Positions 1-12,474 of a stretch of DNA of 64,000 nucleotides are shown here, piece after piece (position 1 is the stretch's first letter; the number at the start of each line of letters is the position of its first letter). The stretch comes from Eledone cirrhosa (taxonomy: Eukaryota). The stretch is taken from positions 132,928,001 to 132,992,000 of the forward strand of contig OZ024742.1 in assembly GCA_964016885.1 (NCBI GenBank), given 5' to 3'. The notes below the pieces were generated by a model. The model saw only the letters and a program-made list of their open reading frames with translations, was not told the DNA's origin and did not search any database. A program made the translations under genes and the position numbers.

Positions 1-88
1 ACGCACACATATGAATATATAGATTGGAGAACAATGGTTTGTTATAACCGCAGTCAATGGGACGAGTTTGGTAGAAGTAGTGGAACTA

Positions 89-598
<510 letters not shown>

Positions 599-2664
599 AT
601 ATTTGTTTTGACACACGATTTCATATCAAAAACCTCGCAAAACTATATATATATATATATATATATATACGTTTTTGCGTTTGACTATTGTATATGTATA
701 TATACGCATGCATGTTTGTGTATGGGTTTTGTCTATTTATGCCATTGATTGTTTCGAAATCTGTATACAGAGAGCCGGACAACATACCATGAATCATTTT
801 AATTCGAGTTTCCAGCAGCATTATCTATTCCATGTCAACAAGTGCAGATTAGTTTTTTCAATAAAACATCGTTTAGTTTACTCAGCTACATTCAGGATGT
901 AAAACACATTTTCCACCAAATTAACAAAACAATACAACCAAAATATCTATACACACATTTTCGTATTTCATATATCCGGTAATTGTAGATTACAGTAAAG
1001 TGAAATGCAGTTAGACTGTGCTGACTAGATGAAAATTATCACAACAATGTTAAATTTCGTATTCGAAGAACAGATTACTTTTTATTCCCTTACTAATATC
1101 GATAAAGTTACAGTGATACGTTTTTAAACTGTTTAAACAGATGCAGTGTTGGATTCGTAACAAAATAACTAAGTAAACAAACATGAAATCTAACGACAAC
1201 ATTTTCGTGACTAGATTTGATTGCTGAAAAACTTACTCAAAAAACTCCATACATCTATGCAGCAAATACATAGTGAATTGTCATATACTTCTACCTTATC
1301 TTAAGTCAAAATATATCAGATAATATTGTTTTAGGCCTTTTGAATCAGAAGAGCATATATATTTTAGTTCACATAAGCATATGATATTTTAATGCAAAGG
1401 AGAGCTTTGATTCACAATCATATCAAAATAATGTATATTCTAAATCGTGCCCATATATATAACAGAGATATTCTGAAGTGTACTAAAATCACACGGAAAT
1501 ACGTCTCAAATTTCTTGCTTAAATCTACCCGAGGGCGTATTATTTTCATGTGATAGTCATAGGAAAGAATAAACATGGCTAGCTTTAGTCGTGCATCACT
1601 TGAAATATATAATATTTGGTTATCCACTAGCATTTATTTTCATTCACATAATAATACTCGCATTAAATCACGCAAAAGTGCTAAAGCACACATTTCCACT
1701 GAAAGGTCTGTATTATTTTTCTTTAAAATCTGACAGTTTGTAAATGAAATCGATATGCAATTAAAAATATACTTTCTTCCTTAATATAGTAATATGAAGA
1801 ATCTTGAGGTGGTTTCAGTTCATTTTCAAATCATTTGAAGATGCTAACTAAGGAAATGAAATTGTCACGTTCATACATTTCTTGGCGAAATCAACTATGA
1901 AATAGATACGTATACAACTGGGGAACGACCTGACTCTTCAAGAGGTTATCATTGTTTATGGGTCCTTCTTGTGCATTTCATTTCCCAAACTGTCTTTAAA
2001 TAGCTACATTACACATATTGCTTATTTCTATATTCAAAGTATTTCTTAAAGTTCTTTAATATCTATAATTAGTGCATAAACAATTACGGAATAATAAACG
2101 TATTCTGAAAACGAAAGAATCATCGATTTCTGAAATAGAGGCGCGCATAGACATATGAATTAGAAAACACGCACACACATACACAACATCAGACACCCAC
2201 ATACGCATATATATACTTAGATGTTAGACTCATACCAATCGCGAATCTGAATTTGTCATCATATAAGAAGAATATAGGAATTCACAATAGGCTTGTTACA
2301 CTAGTGTTATTTCATTTGAATATTTTGTGAACGAAGGTACACAAATGTATGAAAGCTCAAAGCATTTTTTATCCTCTCCCTGGCTTTAATCTCCCATCCT
2401 CTATCTTATATGTTAAGAGATAAGTAAGAGGAACAACATACTCAGTGCTTTTTCCAGTGACGTTTTCGGAGCTCACTTATATGAAAGGTTATGAACAGAA
2501 CGGAATACATTTCTCTGACTAGTATCTCGTTTCTCTTAATTACACTGTTAAACCGTAATGATGATGGTAGTGGTGCCGTTGTTATTGATGAACAGAAAAC
2601 ATTGATGCCTAATCGAGATATATGAGGCATATGTCATCGTGTCCTAGGCTGATTGTAGCGAATA

Positions 2665-2832
2665 TATGACACTGATGATGATGATGATGATAATGAGGAT
2701 GCGTCGGCTGATAATGAGGCGGATGAGAATGTGGTTGATGTTGTGAATGATCATAGTGATAATGTCGATGAAGATGATGCTGATGATGATAAATATGATG
2801 ATGATAATGATGATAATGAGGATGATGATGAT
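2665..2832. repeat. degenerate (GAT)n trinucleotide repeat
   Basis: gatgatgat/gataatgag units; explains the His-rich ORF 2609-2986. Confidence 0.85.
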
Positions 2833-3120
2833 TTATCTGAACCTTAAGACAAAAATCACTCATTGATTTTACTCTTCGGAGGATATATCCATTTGGTGTC
2901 TTAATGCCAAACATGGTGTGACAGAATTTAAAATATAAGAGCAGTAGCTTTTTCATTATTAAGGTAAAGTTTTCCTTTAATACCACTTACTGCACTTATC
3001 AGGTTCTTAGCAATTCATAGATCTTTTGAATGCTTTGTATGTAACTCAAAAGATTAAATATTGCTTAATCATCCCAAAGTTCGCAGTGATGTTCCCGCCT
3101 GTTTCTTTTGAATCTGTATG

Positions 3121-3171
<51 letters not shown>

Positions 3172-3173
<2 letters not shown>

Positions 3174-5023
3174 GATATAATTTTATCTAATGTTTAATTG
3201 ATTAATTGTTTAATTAATAATTTATCAATTCAATCCGTAGTTTAAATGTGTATGTTAGATTATTAGAATTGAGACCTATATATTATAAAAAATATATATT
3301 ATTAAAATATATATTATTAGAAAATATGATATTATTACAAAATCATATATAATTTTATTAATTATTAATTAATTATTTTAAAAAATGTGTAAGTTAAAAA
3401 TATCCGAATATTTCTAAGCCCATGGAAATTCCGAGAGTTTACAGAAGAATATTCCCTTATTTGTAATAGCAGTAGAGCGTAAAGGAAATTGCCAGTCATT
3501 TATTAATAATTTAGATAGCTCTAAGGATTAAATGCTATAAAGTTAGGATGTTAAAAAATTAAAATTTCCATCTTAATAATGTAATTAGAGTATGAATCTT
3601 ATGTTATTTTATAGCAAGTTATAATTTTATAAATCTACCTGTTATACAGTTATGACTGTTAAAACATAAATTTGTTTGCTATAACGTCTTAACATTTAAC
3701 ATTTTTTTCATAGGAATATTTCTAAAGCATAAACCATAAAAAACTCTTTCTTAAGAGTATATAATATATTTAAAGTATAAATTTAATATATATATAAATA
3801 TTTTGATATATATATATATATATATATATATTAAGCATTTGAAAAACATATAAGTATAGAAATATAAATATACAATATAAAACATGAATTATAATTTTAA
3901 GAATGAATTATAATTTTTAAAATGAATTATAACTTTAAAAAATATAAGAATATAGAAAATAAAATACACAGTATAAAATATTAATTATGAATTATAATTT
4001 CCTTATACCCATCATAGGAATTTTCAAAAAAAAATCCTTCTTCAAATCTTTCAGTACGTTTATCAAGAAAAGTTTTTCAAGAAAAACATTTTTTCAAGGA
4101 AAAATGTTCTTTTAAGAGAGTTATAAGCAGTCATATGACAGAATCTAATGAATTATAGATAGGTTTAATAAAGATGAGTTATGTATTACATTTTATATAT
4201 ATATTTAAACGTTGAGTTCAATCTATGTTTGCAAGAACTGAAAAGATTATTCGTTAAATTAACAGAATTATTACTTTTCAATATAAAGAATATTTCCTCG
4301 ATACAAAGAGCACAATTTTCAGAAGAAGCATTGAATGGAGGAGCTTTGGAGATAATATTCCAAAGTAAAGAATAGTTGGTGTTCTTTGATTTTAGGTCCC
4401 ATAGTAAATTAGATAGAGAAGTTGAAGATTTTTTATTTATATTCGTACAAGAGCATTTATGGTTATTAAAACGGGATTTAAAATCTGTGGAGGTAGATCC
4501 TACGTAATTAAATGAATTTAAATTAGTTTTTACATTACAATTATATACTATATTTTTAACTAAACAATTGTTATTTAACGGACAGTTAGATTTATCTCTA
4601 CAGTTACATTTATCAAACTTTAAGTTTCTAGGAGCCGTTTTATTCCGTTGGAAATTGCTGGGGTTATTAATGTTATTCTGGTTAGGTTATAAGTTTCTAT
4701 TATTAATTCTATTAATATTCTGCGCTAAATTACTGGTGGTTGAATACGTTAATTTTATAGTATGTCTATTAAATATTGAGTAATACCTATGTGTTCTAGA
4801 GAAGCATTTATCTAGAGCTTTAAAGAATAATTTAGCAATAGGAGTTTTAATACTTAATGAGAAAGGAGGAGCGACGCATAATATATTCCTAGTTCTATTA
4901 CTTTTTTTGTTTTTCGAATTATTGTAAGGTTTTCTATTATAGTTGTTAAAAATATGGTTAATTGTCATATCATTATTATCAATATATTTAATTTGATTAC
5001 TATATCCAGTTCTACCTAACCCT
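3172..5023 (-). mobile_element. 5'-truncated Penelope-like element (Hydra-clade-like): RT thumb/linker, GIY-YIG endonuclease, 3' region
   Basis: Minus-strand translation ~4190-5020 gives PPFSLSIKTPIAKLFFKALDKCF..FNRHTIKLTYSTT then CNCRDKSNCPLNNNCLVKNIVY..YVGSTSTDFKSRFNNH..W.II.KAPPF..CALCIEE, with an in-frame stop; (TA)n on the left flank. Confidence 0.88.
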
Positions 5024-5084
5024 TCGAACCCACATCTTTGGTTATCCGGACCACTGTGCTACCATTTACACCAAAACATCACCC

Positions 5085-5305
5085 GGGTAATGTGTTGGTG
5101 TAAATGGTAGCACAGTGGTCCGGATAACCAAAGATGTGGGTTCGACTCCCATGTACGTCAAAACTCATATTTTTCCATTTCTCCGAGTGTTCTTAACCCC
5201 ACTATCAGGCTAACTAATTTCTTTAATTTCTTTAGTCAAAATACGGCGGTAGCTTACATTTCTAATAATTTCAAACCAACTCACTGTTCCGAAAATATTC
5301 TTGCT

Positions 5306-5308
<3 letters not shown>
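5085..5308 (+). mobile_element. copy of the 270-bp tRNA-containing repeat unit
   Basis: Reverse-complement match to the tandem units at 37081-37538; ends at CTTGA followed by (TA)n, as does the 37081 copy. Confidence 0.8.
5089..5160 (+). tRNA. tRNA-like cloverleaf (pseudogene or mobile tRNA-like cassette; identity uncertain)
   Basis: AATGTGT TG GTGT AAATGGTA GCAC A GTGGT CCGGATA ACCAA AGAT GTGGG TTCGACT CCCAT GTACGTC A; A and B boxes present, 72 nt, wobble-rich acceptor stem, atypical anticodon loop; TTTTT at 5170-5174. Confidence 0.6.
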
Positions 5309-5372
<64 letters not shown>

Positions 5373-5379
5373 TATATAT

Positions 5380-5415
<36 letters not shown>

Positions 5416-6650
5416 TATATGTGTTTCTAAATGATATACTTTCTCTCTTTTAAATTTGTTTAATTTAAATTATATATATATAATTCAAATTTAAAATATA
5501 TATTGAGAGAGAGAGAAAGTATATAATTTTAGAAACACAGTATTTATTAACATATAATGCAAATTGTATTCAGGAAAAGAATATAAACAATGTTCAACCT
5601 ATTGCAATAGGGCAACTTTAGTATAATTAAAATTCCATGCATTTAACATGTATGCATGAACTTAGAATTCGGGTTCTAGTTATGGGAACTACTGTATAGT
5701 GGATGAGTCGTTTCAACACTTGCCTGTCATCGGAGAAGCATGTCAAAATTATGAAAAACATTGTTTGCCTACTAAATATGGTTTTAAAATAGTAGTGACC
5801 TCTTTTTCGAGAACAGGGGAGGCAATTACCGAGTTCCAAATTTCTCGAGGCTAGAAACTTTGAACTAGCATATGTGTAATATATGCGTGACTTAAGTTAT
5901 AAACTAACCTGTATGCATGTGACATGAGTTGTAAGCTAATTATCTAAAACTTAATTACTTTAATCGATTTTGTTACAAACGGAGATCGTAGATATTTTAA
6001 CATTCAGGGGCCAAGGGAGATAACCCTGATGATATATATTTATAAATGTCTGTGTGTAATCTAGCGTGCAAGTTATTTTGCAAATATTTAAGTCTCTTTT
6101 ATACTCTTACCAACAATAACACTCTGAACAGTTTGATAGATATTGGTTATATATTGGTTATATATTTAGAAATTGCTTCTACAAATAGAATGTTATGAAA
6201 TGAATAATAATTGATTTCTGTTACGTCGATGTGTTATTTGATTTATTAGAAACAACAACAGTAATTGAAAGTATTTAATTTCTCAATAAAGAATTTTACT
6301 TACAAAAAGTTCTACCGTGGATTGAACACAAACAGATAGCATAGTCGACTCACTATTATCGGCATAACATGTAACATTTTCTCATAAACAATCCTAAAAT
6401 ATACATGATACTAGGAGGTCAAATATTTGTAGGTGATTGGTGGAATCTATTAATGGATGTGAAAATGATTAGAAATTATGGAAATATAAGAGAGGAAACT
6501 GTAGCACATCTAAATATGTTCTCAAAGGGATTTTAACTCAGAACCCAGGTGACACAAATACAGATAGTGAATGAAAACCTTTCGAAACTTTCACCACAGA
6601 TATATACATATATACATATATAAATATATATAGAGAGAGTGATAGCTAGA

Positions 6651-6713
6651 TAGAAGAAGAAGAAGAAGAAGAAGAAGAAGAAGAAGAAGAAGAAGAAGAA
6701 GAAGAAGAAGAAG

Positions 6714-6743
<30 letters not shown>
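6651..6743. repeat. (GAA)n microsatellite
   Basis: Pure agaagaaga run. Confidence 0.98.
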
Positions 6744-6744
<1 letters not shown>

Positions 6745-8253
6745 GAGTGAAAGAGGAGATGATTAGTTTATTAAAATGGAAAAGTAGAATGGAATATAGC
6801 AGGAAGTTATAGGTATATTAACAATTCCACAGATGAAAGTTATTGTTAATACATATATATTACATATATACACACATGCATCCATACACATACACACATA
6901 TATATATAGAACTATTTGCGTGTGTGTGTGTGTGTATATATATATACAGTATTTATTCATGTTCGTACACGAAACATTTAATGTGCTGCGTTATGTTTAA
7001 ATGTCATATTATGATCTCCCATGTAGACTCTACTCGTTAGTGCAGAATGCGTGTATATGTGATCGGAAAAATTACATCTTTTATCAAGCGCTAGTACGGC
7101 TTATTAAACTAACATTAGAACAACACTGACTTCGTCATAACGACGAAATATTTCTTTGTATATGTTTATCAAAGAAGGTAACTCCTAATCTGAATGAAAA
7201 AGAACTTCATGTGAAATATGCATGCTTGTGTGTTTGTGTCTTCGGTATTGCAAGTGCGTGGAGTAGAAATAATTAGATGTGAAGATATGTGTAATGTGGG
7301 ATTGACATATGAGGCACTTCACGTGTGTCCTTGGGTGTTTGTGCATACGATATTGGAATCGTGTAATTCTATTTCGGTACGGAAGTCAGTAACAGTTATG
7401 TAGAAATGATAAGTGTCACAATTTTGGTAGATGTAGTAGATCAGTTGGTTGGATCATTTTTGTATTTTTTCAAGTTGAATGCATGGGGCTTTTGAGATGT
7501 AAGCAAACATTAGGATTCAGGTATGTTTTTGCAAAGAAACAACCTTAGAAAAGCTTACAATTTTGACTAAAGCATAGGAGCATCTTTTATTTCCAATGCC
7601 ATATGGTCTTGATTTTCAAGAATGTTCCATGTTATATTACGTGTGACACATTTATTATTAAACTGGCTACTCTTTGTATCAGGGGTGTGCCAGTCTTCAT
7701 ATCAGAATGACAAAAGTGTCGTAAATCCAGGATGCGCAAGCAGCGTTAATGAGCACAAATCCCTGCACAGAAGTGTAATATAAAAGCCATCGTATATGAG
7801 ACAGATATTATACATACGGACACGATGCAGAGATAAGTGAAAGATAAATGGGCATGGTACAATATCGTTTTAATCAAAGATTCTACACCCATATTTCCTA
7901 AGTTTCCAATACCGGATACACAGGCATATAATCCGTTACCTCAAGTATCTCATGTATATGTATTTACACCTTATTACAGTCTGCAGGGTTGTCTAAGACA
8001 GACTGGATGTTGAAACCTAAGGTAGCGCATTACATGTTTTGTACATGAACATAAACAAAAAATAAATAAACACGCTTATACTAGAGTGTGCATTTTTATC
8101 CTTTTTACTTTTTCGTATCCACGGATATTTTTGCTGCACACACACACACGCACACACACACACATACACCCCCCCATACACCCCCCCACACACACAAACA
8201 CACACACACAGACACACACAGACACACACATACATCCGCACATACACATATAT

Positions 8254-8341
<88 letters not shown>

Positions 8342-9134
8342 CGAAGAGAGAGAATAGGAAGCGACAGAGAGTGAAGTAAGGAATGGGGAGATAGTAGTCA
8401 GACAGATCAATGTATAGAACAATAGATAGACTAATGGATTAAAATCGAAATAAAGGTCGATGTATCATCAAATAGTGAGAAGCAAAATGTAAATGGAGAT
8501 TTGATTTATAATTCAAGAGAACAGTAATATATCAGAAAATAAAAAATAACACAAAATTGTAATTCAAGATTACTGCGGCTCAAATCAGAGATTAAAGCAG
8601 AATTGAATTATTCAGGAAACCCTCTTGTGTAACTAAAATGCCTAGGAGAAAACAATATGCTATATTTTAAAATTTTATTGTTTGGAAATTATGTTGATAA
8701 CGAATATAATGTGAATATTGGTACGCTTTTCTTTCGATTCTGTCTTAATAGATGATTACTTCGCATACGTTGTCACTATTTCCCCTCTATTTCGTTTCTC
8801 TTCGCTTTTTCGATTAAATTATATTTTGAATTAAGAAAATGGTTTTGTCCATTACTTTTATTTCCATAAATAATTGCAATTTGTTTTGCAGCCATAATTT
8901 GTTTTCTTTTTATTTAATAAAAAAGAATATTGAAGACCATGCTAATTGTTTAAGAGCCTCCTCGTGAGTTCTTGGTTTCTCCAGACAAAACAGGTTTCAA
9001 TCTCTTAATACGACTGCTGCTCTGTTCAGAATATTAGAAATATTGATGCAAATTCTAACACTTAAAACTCATATAGCTATTATTGAAACAAATAACTGTA
9101 TGAAAAAAATCTAAAATTATATTTATGATACAAA

Positions 9135-9400
9135 TTTCTTCTCATATTGGCACAATGGCAGCAATGGCGGGTGGGTGGTAAACATGAATTAGTACAAAAC
9201 CGGCAGTATGTATCATTGACTCGGAATGAGTAATAATTGTTTCTACTTTTGGCACAAGGCCAGCAATTAACACAGTGTATTACTGGTACTTTATTTTATC
9301 GACTCCGTAAGGATGAAAGGCAGGATTTGAACTCAGAATGGAAAGGGTCAAAAATCTATGCTGCAAAGCGTGGTAACTTATACTACTAAACCACCGAATA
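9135..9400 (-). mobile_element. tRNA-derived SINE, two partial copies
   Basis: ttggcacaaggccagcaatt..actggtactttattttatcgactccgtaaggatgaaagg..atttgaactcag; same family as 52361-52575. Confidence 0.8.
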
Positions 9401-9409
9401 ATAATAATA

Positions 9410-11080
9410 GTTTCTTTATTCATCACAGCGAGTTTAAAAGAATAAAAACAAAATTCAGCACAAGATGGTACAATGAGGGTTTCTGCGTGTAAAATAACAA
9501 AAAGAAAGGATAAAAAAAGAGTTTAGAGGTATGGAAAAACAAACAATTCCTCGAAAAGGTGAGGTCACCGAGTGGTATTTGTGGAAAAAATCCCTTAAAA
9601 AGCCGCGCTCACACTGACTATTATGGTAAGCGCCACCCCCCAGGTTGTTTCTACCTCAAATACTAGAGGCAAACATTCCAGATTGGCCCATTCACACGGG
9701 CCATCCTCGACACTCTCACCCACCTTTCCACAAATCGCATTGAAATAAGCACTTCCATCACCACTCTAATTTTCCTCTCCAGTTTCACCTGCGAAAGTTC
9801 CCGTCTTCAACCCTTTGAGATACGTCAAACATACAACCTCTTTACCCATATCCACCAGGTAGATAAAAGCAGCATTCCCTTCCGGGTTAATGGAGAGCTG
9901 AAGGGCTTCTTAATGATGGGCACAAATGATAGCCGATAGCATCCTACACGCGTTAGCAGATATTTCGACATAAATTCACAAGTCAGCGATACTCGGACAC
10001 TGGAAGAGTGCGTGTATGACGGCTCCTTGGGGCCCGAGAGCATTATTGACAGGCCTGGCTGATAGCAGTTACATGCCTGTAAAATATATATCATAGACCA
10101 ACGCAAGGTCAGAGATTTCTGGATGTTATCCATTGGTCCAGGAGCGAAAACCTCACGTCGACGTCCAGAGTGTCCCCCCACAACCTCGTCCATTTTGCTC
10201 ATTAGTAACCCGCTAAAGAATGCCAAGCTGGAGTTTCAACTGATCGCAATGTACTATTGGTAAAGGGTTGTGTGCGCATGACGATATTCCACTTTCCAAG
10301 CGCTGCCTGTTGGTTTCCACTCGACCCAGTTTTGCATATATGTCAAAGGGACAAGCTGGGTAGAAACGTCTATAGCAAAAGAGAAGGACAGCCATTCAAC
10401 GTCGAGGAAATCCCGAGTTGTCGTACCTCAGCGCATGTCTGTGCATCATCAGCCACGATATGCCTAGTCCTTCATACAGTGGCTGTTGACAGCAGTTGGA
10501 CAACATGATCATCGGAGCGGATACCTTCCGCAAAAAGCGAAAGAGCAAACGCTCCAGTGCAGTCAGGGAAACATTATGAAAAGGCACCACCTCCACCCGA
10601 CGTTTCGTGTATAGCTTCCTCTCAGCCCATTTCTGGGTGAGAATGGCTAACCTATTCGTAACCATGTTCCAATTCTAATCCAGCTAGAGGTCCGGTCATA
10701 ACCAAAGTCCGAGCTACTTTACCGGTCCACCCGTCAAGCGCCCACGGCGCTGTTAGATGGCATGGACGTGCTTCTCCGATGCCGAGTTGCAAGCACAACG
10801 AATATTTCGTGTTAATGTTTGCTTCCGTCAACCTTTCTTATTCTCCCAAGAAGGTGTCAAACACTTCAGGTTGCAAAGTGGTCGACATCATCCCGGTGAC
10901 GTCGTCCACATATGTCGACACAGCCTTTCCACGTCTCGGTTCGAACGGGACGTCCACAACTTCAGCTTCCGCAGTAAAGTTTTGAGAGCCAGTACATATA
11001 GAAAAGTGTAGAGAAAGCACCGTTAGCAGACGAATCGGGAAATCTGAAATGGTTCAGAAAGATGGCAATTAACTTTGAAC
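9410..11080 (-). mobile_element. Tx1/L1-clade LINE, 5'-truncated: RT C-terminal half and 3' UTR (decayed)
   Basis: Minus strand: NCHLSEPFQISRFV..LYVLALKTLLRKL, VSTYVDDVT, W.ERKL..KRRVEVV, LERLLFRFL; C-terminus homologous to 50620-50710; ends AATAAAGAAAC followed by (TTA)n. Confidence 0.82.
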
Positions 11081-11700
11081 TAGAATTTGATAATGTGGCT
11101 ACCGTCTTGCATTAGAGCTTGTGTAAAATATATGGATTTCCACGTGCAGAAAAAAAACAATGAACATTGTTCACAAACGAGATAAGAGTGCTAGAGAACG
11201 ATGAGAGAAAGCTCTTATGAGATTTCCCAAATCAGACGGAAATGAAGATTGAAAACATTAGTCCAGATATTGTGATTGAGAAGAAGTAAAAAGAAAACTG
11301 TACCCTCATTGATGTAGCGTGTCCATTTGACACCATAATTGGATGAAATGAGGAGATAGTAGGGGTGTGTACCGACTTAAAATATGAGCTCTTGAAATGC
11401 TGGAGTAATGAAGCAAAGACAGTCGCCATTGTTCCAATGGTGATTGGTGCTCTTGGCATGGTGAGAAAGAACATTGAAAACTACTTGTTCAAATAGACTT
11501 TGCACCGGGGATTGGATCGTACTGGCAGTCATACCTAGTGGGAACAGCCAGAATATTGAGAAAGGATCTGGACTAGCAGCAATAGTGAAATGATATGGAA
11601 TGATATGAAAATGTTGGAGTTACCCTAGGTATACCTGGAGCCAGGTATTCCCTTATATAATCTGCCTAAAGCAAAATCGTGACAAATGGTCAAATAATAG
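11081..11700 (+). mobile_element. R4/Dong-clade LINE 3' fragment (restriction-like endonuclease)
   Basis: DNVA..LH.ELC, PDIVIEK..CTLIDVACPFD, DLKYEL..W, VPMVIGALGMV, GTARILRK; ends in (TAA)n. Confidence 0.85.
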
Positions 11701-11714
11701 CAATGATAATAATA

Positions 11715-11900
11715 ATTGTTTCTTCTTTTGGCTAAAGACCCGAAATTATACCAGTGCATTACTAGTACTTTATTTTCTCTACCTCGTAAAGATGTGAGGC
11801 AAAGTTAACCTCGTTGGGATTTGAACTCAGATCATAAAGGGTTGTAACTCTATGCTGCCAATAATAGCCTCCGACCTTCTACCATTACTGCCAATCTATC
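11715..11900 (-). mobile_element. tRNA-derived SINE
   Basis: tgtttcttcttttggc..ccagtgcattactagtactttatttt..cgtaaagatg..aaagttaacctcgttgggatttgaactcag. Confidence 0.8.
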
Positions 11901-12240
11901 GTTTCACATATTTGCACACATATGCAAGTTGTTTGTTCGTCATACGTTCAGTATCAATTTTTGGAAACATTACAATTTTCCATTTTTTTTCTATTATATG
12001 AGTGCAAAAATCCTTTGAGTTGAATTTATTTTCTATCTCTGATTAGTATACATTAAAAAATGTGATTTTTTTTATTTGTTCAAAGATTTTGTTAGTCCAT
12101 TTCTCTAGCATATCCTGTTTGTTTACGACTGGAATAAAGCGATTTTCCTTTGAAATGAAGTTCATTAAATTACATATGCAATTAAATTAGGAATTCTCTG
12201 TAAAGTACTTACAGGTGGAAATATATTACTTCGCATAATA

Positions 12241-12361
12241 TTTCTTCTTCTTCTTCTTCTTCTTCTTCTTCTTCTTCTTCTTCTTCTTCTTCTTCTTCTT
12301 CTTCTTCTTCTTCTTCTTCTTCTTCTTCTTCTTCTTCTTCTTCTTCTTCTTCTTCTTCTTC
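12241..12361. repeat. (TTC)n microsatellite
   Basis: Pure ttc run; explains the poly-K ORF. Confidence 0.98.
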
Positions 12362-12474
12362 TCTCTCTCTCTCTCTATCTCTCTTTTATATATATATATA
12401 TATACATTCATATATGTGATTTTGTAATTGTGTATGTGGGTATGTTTGTGTGCGTGTATATCTATGTGGCCAAA

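Noticed and set aside
2442-2986. His-rich ORF and a possible minus-strand exon with a GTATGT donor near 2440
   Set aside because: The His run is a (GAT)n repeat; no convincing acceptor, frame or homology.
3885-3940. Short tandem repeats (atgaattataattttaa x3) considered as CRISPR-like
   Set aside because: No unique spacers; ordinary minisatellite in a PLE 3' region, in eukaryotic context.
6025-6035. Isolated CTGATGA
   Set aside because: No helix II or GAAA partner nearby.
6400-6600. IFVGDWWNLLMD resembling a LINE APE motif
   Set aside because: Single short motif without supporting neighbours.
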